DNA from: the human T2T-CHM13v2.0 reference genome, Homo sapiens
Reading direction: 5' to 3' (one strand)
Length of the DNA: 64,000 nt
Assembly: GCF_009914755.1 (NCBI RefSeq)
Contig: NC_060926.1
Of this stretch, positions 12,869 to 26,428 are shown piece after piece; position 1 is the first letter of the stretch, and each line of letters opens with the position of its first letter. A program made the translations under genes and the position numbers. Below the pieces are notes generated by a model. The model did no database searches, was not told the origin of the DNA, and was given only the letters and a program-made list of their open reading frames with translations.

Positions 12869-14445
12869 TCTCTCTCTCTCTGAGGAAGACAGAAGAGCTG
12901 CTTTGAACAGAATACTGTTCTATATGCCATCTGCATATAGAACTTCAAAAGTCTCAATAGAACCAATGTTCTTTGTCCAAGTTGATAAGGTAAAGAGCCC
13001 TGCATTGAGCATTAAAATAACTGACTATCCTGTTTTAGAGATGGAGGTACTCACACTATCAGGAAACACTGAGATGTTTAGCAATTATTAACAGTGAGAA
13101 ATACTTTCTTATGTATGATATAGTCTTCCATTGGCCTTTTGTCTCCAGCAAAGATACTGGGGTACCATCTTCTGGGAAATCAGCCTTGAGAGAGTTATTT
13201 TCACCTAAAATTTGAAGGCCATCATTCAAAGCGCTCATTTTTTTTTCCCCTTCCCTGGTCAAATTCACTCGCAACTAAATATTTTTATTCAATCTTCTTT
13301 ATCTTTTTATTATCTTTGTGGCTACATGATTAATATTTCTCTGAAGTTTGGTCACTATTAACTCAGTATAGTGCTGTACATTTATACTAACACATGGTCT
13401 ACACCAGATCAAAATTATATCATATGCATTACCAATGTTCGAGTTAACAATTTATAAACTTCTGCACAGACATGCAGTAGTAGGCATTGCCATTTATGCT
13501 AAATTTCTGATACTAATAAACTATTTAAAACTGATGATTTTAGTTCCATTAAAATGCAGAATTTAGGTGAAGTTCTAAAATATTTTAATATTCATCGTAT
13601 GGCACCCAGTTGTTTTTTCTTTTGTAATTTTGAAAAATTTTAAATGTCATTACATTTATAGTAGAAATAATCAAAGTCCACTTTCATTTACCACTTAGTT
13701 TCATGAGTAAAAAGTTCAAGTGAAATGTTCAATTTTTGTGAATTCACAATTAAAACCTTCAAACATTAGCTGAAATTTTCCAGCAATATATTTTATTTGA
13801 TTATCTAAAGAGGGGGAACAAATTCTAATTGTAGCAAAGCATTAGTAAAGATAAGTGAAGCTCATGTAACTGTTATCCTCAAAGTCATTATTAAGTTATC
13901 TTGTGCTCATTTGCTCATGTTTAAACAAGATTTTCCATTTGCACACAGCAACAAAGTAGTCGTCAATATGCCAGTAACCACACAGTGATAAGAAATAGCA
14001 CAGCTATGTGAAGTTTAGAACAGCTCCTTTATTCAAATATCTATGAAATAAGAAAAAATTTGTAATGTACCATATATAAATGCAGTATGACGAAAAGTTA
14101 TCAATAAAAAATATGGAAATAGAGTCAACATTTGTGTAGACTACCTTTACTAATGTCTAATCAGGAATGATCACTGAATATTATCTTGAGCCAGAAAGAT
14201 CTTTTTAAAAATTCTTTGTCAATCTATTGCCAAGAAGTCCATTTCCACAGCTCTTTATCTTTAATAAACTATTTTTGGCAATGGGAAAAAAGAAAATGGA
14301 AAAAGAAATCAAGTGGAAATTATCATAACAAAATAAAAGTGACACAATGAGAAAGAATCTTAAAAATTAATCCCCCACCCTGATATTTTGGGGGAAAAAC
14401 ACTCAATTTTTCTATCATATATATTTTTCTTTTCTCTCTCTCCTC

Positions 14446-14489
14446 TGTGTGTGTGTGTGTGTATGTGTGTGTGTGTCTGTGTGTGTGTG
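14446..14489. repeat. (TG)n microsatellite, interrupted
   Basis: Directly visible. Confidence 0.95.
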
Positions 14490-14789
14490 CATTTTCCATA
14501 CTACCAATGGGAGGCTGAAAGCAATGAAAGACAAAACATTGTAAGCATTTTTAAATATTCAAAATAAAATACAAAATAAATGTACCGCAAAGTCACACCT
14601 ACCAGGCACCTGTATCAGTTCTACTTTGAAGATACAGAAAATGCTAAAGAGTTGTTTCAAGTAGTAGGGCTAAGGACAGTAAGTCTCTTTATAGCTGCCA
14701 TCTAATAAGGTTTTTTAAATTTTATATTTTTCTGCTACTCTGCTGCATGATTATACACACACACAAACAGACACACATCTACATACACA

Positions 14790-15101
14790 CAGTTGGTCTT
14801 CTATATCCATGGGTTCCACATCTGTAGACTCAATGATTAGTAAATAGAAAATATTCAGGGGAAAAAATGTGTCTGTACTGAATATGTACAGTCTTCTATT
14901 TCTTGACACTATTCTACATCTAATAAAGTAAAAAAAACTATTTAAATAGCAATTACATTGTATTAGGTATTACTAGTAATTTAGAGATGATTTAAAGTAT
15001 ATGGGAAGATGTGCATAGGTTATATGCAAATACTACCATTTTATACCAGGGACTTGAGTATCCATGGATTTACCAATACCTCAGATACTGAGGAATGACT
15101 C
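14790..15101. mobile_element. MER2 (Tigger-family) element
   Basis: cagttggtcttctatatccatgggttccacatctgtagactca...tacattgtattaggtatta...gatgtgcataggttatatgcaaatactacc...gatactgaggaatgact. Confidence 0.88.
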
Positions 15102-16605
15102 TGTGTGTGTGTGTGTGTGTGTGTGTATGATGTTATGCTAAGTGATAAAAACAGATTTACAACTGATGTATTTGTTTAGGAAATTGACATCAGGAATGCA
15201 GCTCATTTATTTTAAGATAGTGTACTTGATAAAAAATACACTTAAGTTATACTTAAATATATTTCATTTATATTAAATATATTTTATTTTAATGTATTAA
15301 GAGTATTCATGTATATATTTTCTCACGAGAATTTAGGCTCTTTGAAAATGTATCATACATCTTTATCATTTATAATTACTACCTTGCACCCTTTTTCAAT
15401 AATTGTTAAAATCACATCTGGAATCCCATAGCAATTGATGACATTTGGTTATAATTAGAGATTAAATCAAGTATATTGTATTTACTTAAAGTTTATTCAA
15501 ATAATATTTTCAAAGTTAAAGAAAGGCCCATTATTTATTTCACAACACAAAATCATATATTGGGTAGTCGGAATTAAAGCAATCTAAATTTCCTAAAGCA
15601 AAGGAGATAGGTTTCTTTTTTCGTTTTCATTGTTTCAAGTAAAATGATTGTTTTTCCATAATTTAGAAAACAATAGTATCTTCACCGAAAAAAGTCATAG
15701 TTAAATGTCTTCCCACATCACACAAAAGATTTAAATTAATTATTGCTTATTTTTTCCTGTTTAAAATGCTAACAAGCTTAAAACATTATTTATATTTCAC
15801 AGGAAAAATGATTCAAATTATCCTAATTAATTCAAAATTACCAAACCAAAATCTTACAAAAATTAGATGAGTCAGTTCAAAAAGTTAGATAAAAAGTCAA
15901 AGGTTGGCTCAAAAGAAGCAGTTGTACCTAAATGATTAAGTAACCACTTCTACAGAGGTATTTTTCACTCTGCGTTGGAAAGGTGCACTGAAGTTAATCT
16001 AAATGTAGCCTTTTTCATCTGTATACCAGTTTCCAGACTGTCTTGTGTGGTATAATTTACTTGTTGCTTGGAAAACCATAAACAAAAATAAGTGACACTA
16101 TTACATGTATATGTGTAGTGAGACATTACTTTTTCCATGTTTTCTCCTCTAACCTAAAACTTTCTTAACTCTCCAAGCAATTGCAGCCTGTCTTCAAATA
16201 CCACCAAATCAACCATTTTGAGTTAAAATTGGGCTCTCTGCCAAGTAATTAGTCATGTCTCCAATTGCCTTATTAGATTTATTCATGACGGAATCATATT
16301 ATGACCAGAAAAAAATCAGAGCCCCAATAAAAATCCAGTTGAGCTGTCTAGGCATCACTTAAAATTAATGTAACAAAAATAAATTTATTCATAAATGCAT
16401 TATATACCCTCACAGATAACCAAGTCTTGAAAAAGTCAAAGCTCAGAATTGTAATTATTTTTTGATATTTCAACTACCCAGAACTAACCTACATTAAATC
16501 TGTTTTTATATATTATAACTTTATATGACATCATTCTTTTTTTCCCCTTAACATTAAAAACAGTTTCCCATATAACTCCAGTGCCTGTGTGATATTCTGT
16601 AGATC

Positions 16606-17012
16606 CTCACTACTCAAAGTGTTGTTTATGGAGCAGAAGCAACAGCATCACTTAGGAGTCTGTTAGAAATACAGAATTTTAGACACCTCCCCAGGCCTAC
16701 TAAATCAGATTCTGCATTTCACTATAAATATATATTATTATACACATACACACACATACATATACACACATAAATGTATATTATACACATACAATATATA
16801 TTATACACATGCACACATACATATAAACACATATAAATATATATTATACAAATATACACACATACATATATATACACATTATATATTTACTATATATTTA
16901 TACTATACACATATATTCATACACATGTATACATATTCATATTATACACACATGTATATACACTATATAAAACACATATGTGCATATACACTTATTAAAG
17001 TTTGAGAAATAT
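16606..17012. mobile_element. MER5A split by a (TA/CA)-rich expansion at about 16726-16992
   Basis: ctactcaaagtgt...agcatcacttaggagtctgttagaaatacagaat...aatcagattctgcattt, then low-complexity tract, then terminal ttaaagtttgagaa. Confidence 0.75.
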
Positions 17013-19527
17013 TTTTGTGAACTCTATGTAAAAATGTGTGTATTTTTTCCTGCAATAAAACAACTTTATAATATGACAATATGTAGTATACAACTGCATA
17101 TATATTTATATAGTTCACATTGTCCTACTATAAGTTCAGGATGTTTGTAAATGTATCTAGTATTAGGAACTGTTCAATGAATATTTTAATTTATATGTAT
17201 ATTTTCCCTGAATTTCTGAATCTTTCCTCAGGAATGATTCATGAAAATGAAAATACTTGAATAAAGAACTCTACATTGTAACAGTTGAGACAGACACTTC
17301 CAAAGTGTTTTCTAGATTACAAGAATAACAGCGGTATTTTTTCTGCACTAACACCTACATTATTACTTGTTTAATATAGATGTTTAATAGCAGGAAAAAT
17401 AGTATCTCACATTAATTATAATTTGTAATTATTTTATTGCTAGAGAAGTTAAACAATTTATCATGTTTTTTCTTTTTGTACTCTTCTTTTGTGAATTTTT
17501 CTGTACATTTTATTTCCCAATACATTCAGGACTTGGTATCTTACTTACAATATTATAACCCTTTTAAATATTGAGGGTGTTATGTCTCTTTCTGTGAACA
17601 AGTGGCATTTTTTTTTCTACCTTACTGTTTTTTATATTGCGATATGGTGCTTTTGACTTTTATGTAGTTAATAAAAACTAACAACTTTTTCAATTGTTTT
17701 TAAGCTTAGAGAGTCTTTACCCATTCAGATACTCGAAATAATAAATCAAGTGTGTTTACCTTTTTCTATAGTTTGATATTTTCAATAGCCATGATTTTGC
17801 ATTGAATTTATATTATTATATGCAATGTAATAAAGACCTAACGTATTTCTTTTTCCCAGATGACTTACCAGTTAACCATCAACTGGTCTACCTACCTACA
17901 CCCTACAATTGGTTTATGAAGAAAATCTTGTATTTATTAAAAATATACTGATTAATTCTAAGAATATAGGCACATATTTACTTCTTTCCTATTTCTTAGA
18001 AGTTTCTACTTATTCATATTTCTTAGAAGTTTCCACTCATCCAAAAGAAAGAAGGAAAGAAACAAGAGTATCAAACTTTTCCCTAATTTGTGAAAAATAT
18101 GACTGCATGTTTTAGTACAGTCTATTGACTAGTAAATCTTTTAAACAATTATTTTATGCTTGACACTTTAGTGGATATTGTGGTGGATACAAATATAACT
18201 TTAACATGCAATGTTTAACCTCAGGAAGCTAAAATTCACCTCAAGAGACAAAGCATACCAAACATTTAGATGTTAAATCTGCTAGCTTTCAGGAATTCAA
18301 GGAAGGGGAAAAAGAATGATGAGAACAAAACTGAAGAAAGCTTTGTGAAAGGTTAGAGCTTTTCTAGTAGTTGGGAAGCACAATTCAGGTTGAAGTCACA
18401 GCAAGTACAAAGTACCTTTAGTTATCTGTGTTATCGAAGACAATTATTCCTACATTTATTATGATTAATTAGGCACATGTCAGGCTTCCTAGTTCATCAC
18501 AGATTAATTTTAAGGACCACAGTTTTACATTTCCAATGTCCTACAGAACTCTGAACACAGTGCATTACCCATTGTCATTGCTTGCTTGACATTTGTTCAA
18601 TTAAATTGCTTTTGATCTTGTGCACGAATTTTTATAAATATTACTCCTGATGGGCTAGTATATATTTTACCAGTATCTCTGTGTTGTATTTTAGAATAAA
18701 GGTGTCCTAAAGGTTATGAGAGTACTGTTAATACGTTCCAGACCCAGTGGCTACAAACTCTTAATAAGCACAGAAGCTGCTTTTCCTTCCTCCAAGCGAA
18801 ACATCATAAAAAGTAAGTGACAGCAATTGTGACCCTATCTGTAGAAGTTTATGAGAACAATTTAAGGACAGATTGAGTTACAGTATTATTGTAACACCTC
18901 ATCAAAATTCTTGTCCAGATTTTTAGCAGTGACTTAAGACAAGTAGACTGGCCTGTTACTGCTGGGATCACTTCCAGCATCTTACCCAGAGCACCAAATT
19001 ACCCTTTTCAGTTAACCCCAGTTATTTTTCTCTCTCCTTCTTGTGACGGAGAGAGTATATAAGAAAAGGGGCTCTTTGGCTGTCTAGGGCAAGAGGCAAA
19101 TTCTTTTCTACCATTCTGCTTCCAAAGAGACAAATTCCTGAAACTACTGTGACATTGCATTAGCAGAGAAACTTATGAAAAGGTCATGTCTAAAGACTTC
19201 ATTTGATTTCCTCTTATCAGCCTGAAGCCATTTAATAGCTACATTTTAGTTTTATAACTATTTCAAAGAGCAATATATGTACAAAAAATTAACCATATTT
19301 AGCACAAAATGGCAATAATTTATGCTAGTGTAATGACATAATTACAGCATTCATTTTCACCATTCATTTCCACCTAAAGTTAGTTTTCTAAAGGTAATGG
19401 GAACCAATATGGATTTTCCTAAGAAAACATCTGGCAGTTAAATTTCAGGAGTGAATTTCTATATGAGGGAATGTTGTAAATGCAAAGGAAGAATAGAATT
19501 GTTGTTCTTAAATTCCATGTTTGTGGA

Positions 19528-19569
<42 letters not shown>

Positions 19570-19592
19570 TCACACACACAAACACACACACA
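19528..19592. repeat. (TA)n(CA)n compound microsatellite
   Basis: Directly visible. Confidence 0.95.
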
Positions 19593-20859
19593 TTATAACT
19601 ACTACCCTACAAGGTGTTCCACAATATATTATTTTTAAAAGAGAGATAAAAAAGAATCGTTTGTGTAGCTGCAATCTTCATGTTTATGACAGAAAAATTC
19701 AACAGTGTTTGCAAACTAACTGGAAGATTACACTTTATTGCAAATAAACGGCTTAAGAAACCTAATTCAGCTGTGATGGATCTCAGGCTGACAAATTAAA
19801 AGACTGCAGGCAATGGCTGTAAAAATGCTTTTTCTGCAAGATTTACTTCAGCATGTTGAATAAATATATTATACCTGTTAGGCTTAATTCTATATTTAAA
19901 ATAAATCCTGGATGGTGTGGGGTTTTGATAAAGGTATTCAAATATATGGAATATAGTGCTTTTAACAAAGGATTCCCAGGAGGAAATCAGTGGACAACAA
20001 TGTTGAATGTACTCCTCACTCATCGACAAACCACATTTTCCTTTCTAAATAAGCTGTGAAAATCCTATCTGTCTATGTGAGTCAACATCCCATTCAAAGA
20101 TTAAAACAAGCCCATACACGATCACCTTTATCTGTACAAATTAAGCAACTCTCTTCTTGATATAAACCAAAAGGAAACCTAGTTTATTTTCAAAATCAAG
20201 TTTATGCTCCTGAAATAATTTTGAGAACTGAAATTTTGATTATTCTTATTCACACCTTTCTGCTTGCTGTTAATAGTATAGATGCCAATCCCTCAATCAC
20301 AAGAGAAAAAGTAGTTATGTGGGTCTTTTTTGTTTTGTTTTGCTTTTTTCAAAAAACCTATAATATTCATATAAACTTCAAGTGGAAAGAATGGGGAAAG
20401 CAGTAATCCTATACTTGAGGTAAAAGCAAATAACAACAGATAAAACCCAAACAGAATTTATATATTGAACATTTTTATTTTAAATTATTCCATATCCAAA
20501 ATTTCACAGTCTTACATATAGGCAGACTATTGTTTTATCCACATTAAGAAACAACCTCTGAGTTACTAGTATTTCTTTTTATAAAAGTAGCTTTGTTTAA
20601 TATCCCCATTTTCCATATTTGCCAAAAGGGTAAGACAATCAGTCTCTATCTTACCAGCGAAGACCAGTCACTCTCTCTGTGTCTTCCTCTCCCTAGGTCT
20701 TCCAAACCTGATCCTTAAGTTTATTTATGTGTCTGTCATCCTTTACCACTTGATAGCTTTTAAAATACAAAAAAAAAAAATACACTTTTTTGTATTTTTA
20801 GAACTGAGTGTTTTTTATCGACTCCCAAGGATTCACCTTCCAGGTAAACACTTATTGCC

Positions 20860-21635
20860 AAACTTCTATATTTGGCCCACACCTCTTTCCTAAATTCAGT
20901 TGCCATAAGATATTTGTATTATCTCTCCATGATGTCTCATAGGCACATCAAATACTAACTTATCACATACATCCTAGAATCTCTCATTCTTTCTCCAGGT
21001 TTGGGTGGGGAATGGCACAATCATCTACTTATGTCCTTAAGACAAACACCAGGAGTCAAGATACTCTGGTAATCAAAGCTGCCAAATAGATCTAAACTTA
21101 TTTCCCTCTCTACATATGAACAATTAGAAAGCTACCTATTCATTCTCCACACTACCAAGAGAGTTCTATTTTGTAAAAGCAAATATACTACTTCCTTTCT
21201 TTCTTAAAAAAAAAAAAAAAACCCATTAACTTTCATTACCTTCTCCTCTGGGACAAATTACCTAGCATAAAATGAACAGAACTAGGCCCCAACTACACTT
21301 TATCTTGTACCATTCATCCTAACTTGCCTTGTTATTGCATGCAACACTACTTCCTCTACCTGGAATAAGCTCACTACCCTCCTTGTTCTTTTAGAATTAA
21401 GTTACCACCCCTTATTCAAATGTGTTTCCTTGTTTCCATAATACTAACCATATATTTTAATATAGAGGTCATTAAATTGTCTTGAAATTATGTATCTCTC
21501 TGATTATCTTCTTACTGTTCCAATGATTTTGTCTTATTCATCTGTACATTTCTTACATAGTGGCATGGCTATAATAGGTTCTTAATAAATTTTGAATGAA
21601 CCCTTAAGTAAATAGTAAATGACTGAATGAATGAA
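20860..21635 (+). mobile_element. L2 fragments including the 3' end
   Basis: gatgtctcataggcacatcaaa...; tgtcttattcatctgtac...cttaataaattttgaatgaa...tgaatgaatgaa (L2 3' terminal repeat). Confidence 0.6.
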
Positions 21636-22056
21636 GCTGATCCCTCATTTTGGAAGAAAGTGGGGTATTTTAACCATACATAATCACCTTTTCTTTTCCT
21701 TCTAGTATTAAAAATCAAGCAAATAAAATAACCTGAATTCATCCAGTTTAGAAATACTTCTGAAGGTAGATATTATATGTATCTGTCTACAAAGGAGTAC
21801 GGTTATTTGTATCTTTTTGGTTTGGTGTATGGAACATGATAATATCTTATTTTCTGGATACAAAGCGAACTATAAATAAACCCTTAGCCTTTTGCTGAAT
21901 TTTAGCTAATATCAAGCATAGTTTTAAAGTGCCAAAAGCCACAAGAAGCAAAAAGCAAGAATGCATACAGCAGCGTTGAAGAATTTGGGCCTCATGTCTG
22001 GAATTCACCATAATAAGGCTTTGGTACTTTCTATCTCAACTGAAGTCTTACTTTGA

Positions 22057-22350
<294 letters not shown>

Positions 22351-24169
22351 AATTAGAACACATTTGAATCTTGAACATTTTGAATTCAGTTTATTCTGAA
22401 ATTTCTGTGAGAGAATTAAGTGTTAAATCCCTTTGTATATGCTTTGATTTTTCAAGAGTACACTTTTGGTTAATGTGAACAACTCAGCAACAAAGATGAT
22501 TAACGGCAAAGATGGCTGCATACATACTATATTCAGAGCATTGTATAATTAACTAGGTGTGTATAGAAACCATGCTCAAGACAAGGTTTTCTGATCTCTT
22601 GAGGCTCACCACCTAGAAGTAATATCAGTATTAGAATTTTCTGAAATATTATAACATATTGCAAGCAAATACCTTCTTGAATATGCCGTTAGAGAGAATA
22701 TAATGCTTCTATATAGATCCCTTGATATCTGAAATGGGTGTTAAATTCTCAGTTGAGGAGTAATCAGTAAGCTCATGACTAATCTGACTGTACTAACTAG
22801 AGTTTTATAAAAAGATACAGAGAATTTATTAAAATAGGAAGAAGTAAATGATTTTCTAGTTCAGTTGGAAGTAGCTGTTAACTCAGAAGTACTAATAGGT
22901 TGCTGCATGATTTGAAATAGATAAAATGGATATCAGAAAAGATTTTCTTCCTAAAGCATTTTATTTGAAGTGGTCAGAATAGGACAAAGCATATGCTTTC
23001 AAATAATTAGATTTGAAAGGGAAGAATTGCTAAATAGGAGGATCTTGAAGCCAGCATTAAACACATACAGGCTGAATGCCTCAAGAATGGTTCTATTCTT
23101 CTCAGAGTTCTTCGTGCTGTTATACCTGGAACTGGGCAGAGAGGAAATCTGAGCAGCCAGAGCACAAAGGGTAAACACTAGGGTTAAAGAAGTCACGAAC
23201 ATTTTCCTCCAGAGGGTTGTCACGGATGGACTGGAATGGACAAAGTCAGGCATCAAAAAAATGGACTGAACCTAGAAGCAGAAGAAATGCCATATTTCAT
23301 GGGATATTTTTCTCACTTCCTATCTTGAGAAATGTCGTCATTGTGGGCATACATGTACATATACTCTTAGGTATTATGAAACATTAAAACACAATGCCTA
23401 AGAATTAACAGACCGTTCTTAGGGCCAATCTTGAGAGCCTTGACTTACTTTGTACCACAAATTTGTTGATGAAAAGAATTTATTTTCTAATTTCAAAATA
23501 TTAGATGGCTGCTGGATTTCTCTAACAAAGAAGAATCTGAACCAGAAATGGACCAACCTAAATAACTGAACAAGGCATCTCTAAATATAATTCAACTTAT
23601 ATATGCTGCAATTTGTACCTGCTTTACAAGTCAATAAGCAGCTTTTATGTGATCTGAGAAACTGGTGAAAAAGTGTATAGACTACAGGTTAGGCAGTTTG
23701 GTCAGAACCGCCTTTATGGGGCAAAATCTCAAAATTTCAGGTGGCAGTTTCACAAGCAAGTGCCTAAATCTGATGTTCCAGCATAACATTAGCAAACCCC
23801 TCTTACATTTTGGTAAATGTGATGTAGTTACATAATGATTATCCAATAAGCTAAAAGAGGAGACAAAAAGTATGATTTAAAAATAGATACATATATTGAA
23901 AATGAGTATTCACCAAAATATAATCCTACCTCTAAAACAAGTATAGACCATATACACATATAGGCATGTTGTGTCAGAAGTAGAGATCAGTGTTCAAAAG
24001 TTGCTGATTTTACTTAGAGTTCAAAGTATACATTAGTAAAGCCTGAAAATATGATATCAAAAGCAAAACTACATCTAATATTTTCCTTATTTTCTTGTTG
24101 TGCTTACAGTTACCATAAGAAAGCCTGAAAAATTCAACTCTGGTCAATCAGCACTCTATGGGATAAAAG

Positions 24170-24308
24170 AATTCACTCACTCACTCATTTCTTTATACAA
24201 TACTTTAGCAAATATGGAACACTGTGTATTTGCTAAGCACTCTCCCAGGCACTGGAAATATAACAGTGAGTAAAACTTACAAGTCTCCACGGAATTTGTG
24301 TTCTAGTG
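24170..24308 (-). mobile_element. L2 3' end
   Basis: attcactcactcactcattt...ccaggcactggaaatataacagtgagtaaaac...ggaatttgtgttctagt. Confidence 0.65.
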
Positions 24309-24342
24309 CACAGTACATTAATATTACTAAAATTATTTTAGT

Positions 24343-24595
24343 AACCATTTGTTGAGCATATATTGTGTACTTGGCATTATATTAAAATTTAGCTCTCTTT
24401 TGTGTGTATAATTCTAAATTATATTCAGAGCTTCATGTGATTGCTAACTTTCAAAAACATACAACAAATAATTTTACATAAGACAGGTGAAATTCAGCTG
24501 ATGTTATTAAAATGGTATAATAACTCATGTGCAGTTATAACTCAAACCCAGGTCTGTCTTATTAAAAAAAAAAACTCTGCTCTAGACTCTGCTGT
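24343..24595 (-). mobile_element. MIR
   Basis: aaccatttgttgagcatatattgtgtacttggcatt...attttacataagacaggtgaaatt...ctcaaacccaggtctgtct. Confidence 0.65.
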
Positions 24596-26241
24596 GCTCT
24601 CTAGAATAAAAGAAATAGCCCTCATTCACCAATGAAAAATGAATGGTTCAGAGAGAGTAAATGATTTTCCTCCTTAGTAATATAATGGCCAAGTTGAAGA
24701 GGCTGGAAAGAGAAATGTGTTACTTTAAATGAGGAAAAGCTGAAATGCAAAATCTTAAATGACTTATGTAACTGTAAATTAAAATGTAACATCTCAGGAA
24801 TTTTCATTTAAAACATATCTAAAATGTAGTCATACCACAAAAGAAATTTTCACTGTTAATTGAGTTTATTAAGGATTTGTACATTGTACCACTTCAGGGC
24901 AGGGACTTCATTTATTAGTATTTTAAGTATTATTAAAGAGTATGTAAATCAATTTAAGTAGACTAAGAAACATTCTAAATATCAAGTTTTATTTAATTTT
25001 GTTTTTCTTGTTATTGTTTTAAATAATGAAATCATTTTTCACCTGTTATCTCTGAGGGAATTTACACACATTAAAAAAATCATATATAAAGTCTTTCTCA
25101 GCTAACAATTCTGCCAAAACAATATGTTCAGAACATCTATTCTTTTTTCTTTTGCTTCATTTATATTGCTCAAATACCACTAGTGACCTAGATGCTAGAA
25201 AGGAAAGCTATGCTATGTCCTTCAATATATAATGAGGGATTACAAAATGTAATTCACTGAAACAGAAGATTATAATATCTAATACATATGCATTTTTCTT
25301 CAAATGGATTTATGAACACTTTCTCTAGGACACTCCTCAAAAGACATCATATTTCCTTAATTTCTTTATTGGTGCCGGATATCTTCCACAAGTCTTTTTA
25401 TTTTTTCTTCTTTAAGCTTAATACTTTCAGACACAAGGAAGGTTAAAGTTCAAAAAAGGGACATTAATTGTTTTCATGGTCCACAGGTCTTACTTTATAT
25501 ATAGCACAGTTTTATTGTGAATATTCTATGCAGAATTGGTTAAATAAAAATAGTTATTTTCATGGTTTTAAAACAAATCTAAAAATGCACAATTCCTTTC
25601 ATGTAGACACATTTAGCTCTCTGATGAAATTCCTAAAATATGTGAAAGTGAGATAGCATATAACCTCATCAGTTCACTTTCACTGCTGTGTTTACGTCTT
25701 AATAAATGACCACCATCCATGAACTAATATTTCCATTACTTTAACACAGACAACTTCAAATTCATCAAGATCTTATGCCTTATCAATAGAAAACAGATGT
25801 CCTAAAATACACCAATAAAATTGTTTCTTTTAGGCGTTCTACTTAAAACTCCAACTAAATTTAATGTGCAATAATTAGAACAATAATAAGTTTTATGAAA
25901 TTCTCTGATTGTCTATATGATTAACAGAAGTATAAATCATTATCAATAGTAAACTATATCTTTAAAGGTAAGATTTATTTTGGTCACCTTTCTGTCAGCA
26001 GTGCCTAGTACAATGCTTCATTCACAGCTGATGTTTAATATATTTGCTTAATGAGCAGACTTTAATTAAAATAAATTATGTTCTCTCATCAAAGTAAAAC
26101 CTTATCAGCTCCCAAATTGAATTTTAACCCCTAAACTAAAATATTTAGACCTTCTGCATTGTATGGCCTCATAGATATATCACCAACAGCACTGTCTATA
26201 AAATTATGGATTCTTCAAAGTCTCTCCTGTACAGCAATGTG

Positions 26242-26428
26242 AATATTATATGTCAATATATTATATTGACATATAATATTATATATTATATTATGTATTA
26301 TATTTTATATATATTATATATATTATATATTATATTGACATATATATTATATATATGACATATATATTATATATAATATTGACATATATTATATATATGT
26401 CAATATATTATATTGACATATAATATTA
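26242..26428. repeat. AT-rich palindromic low-complexity repeat
   Basis: Perfect 19-bp inverted arms at 26242-26260 and 26262-26280; 35-bp core repeated at 26247-26281 and 26394-26428. Confidence 0.92.

Noticed and set aside
17200-17880. Possible very old L1M fragments, also around 31590-32500
   Set aside because: Too degenerate to set boundaries.
20628-20700. Plus-strand GTAAGA donor followed about 67 nt later by a strong pyrimidine tract and TAG
   Set aside because: Antisense to the inferred gene, near the minimum intron size, and no flanking exon evidence.
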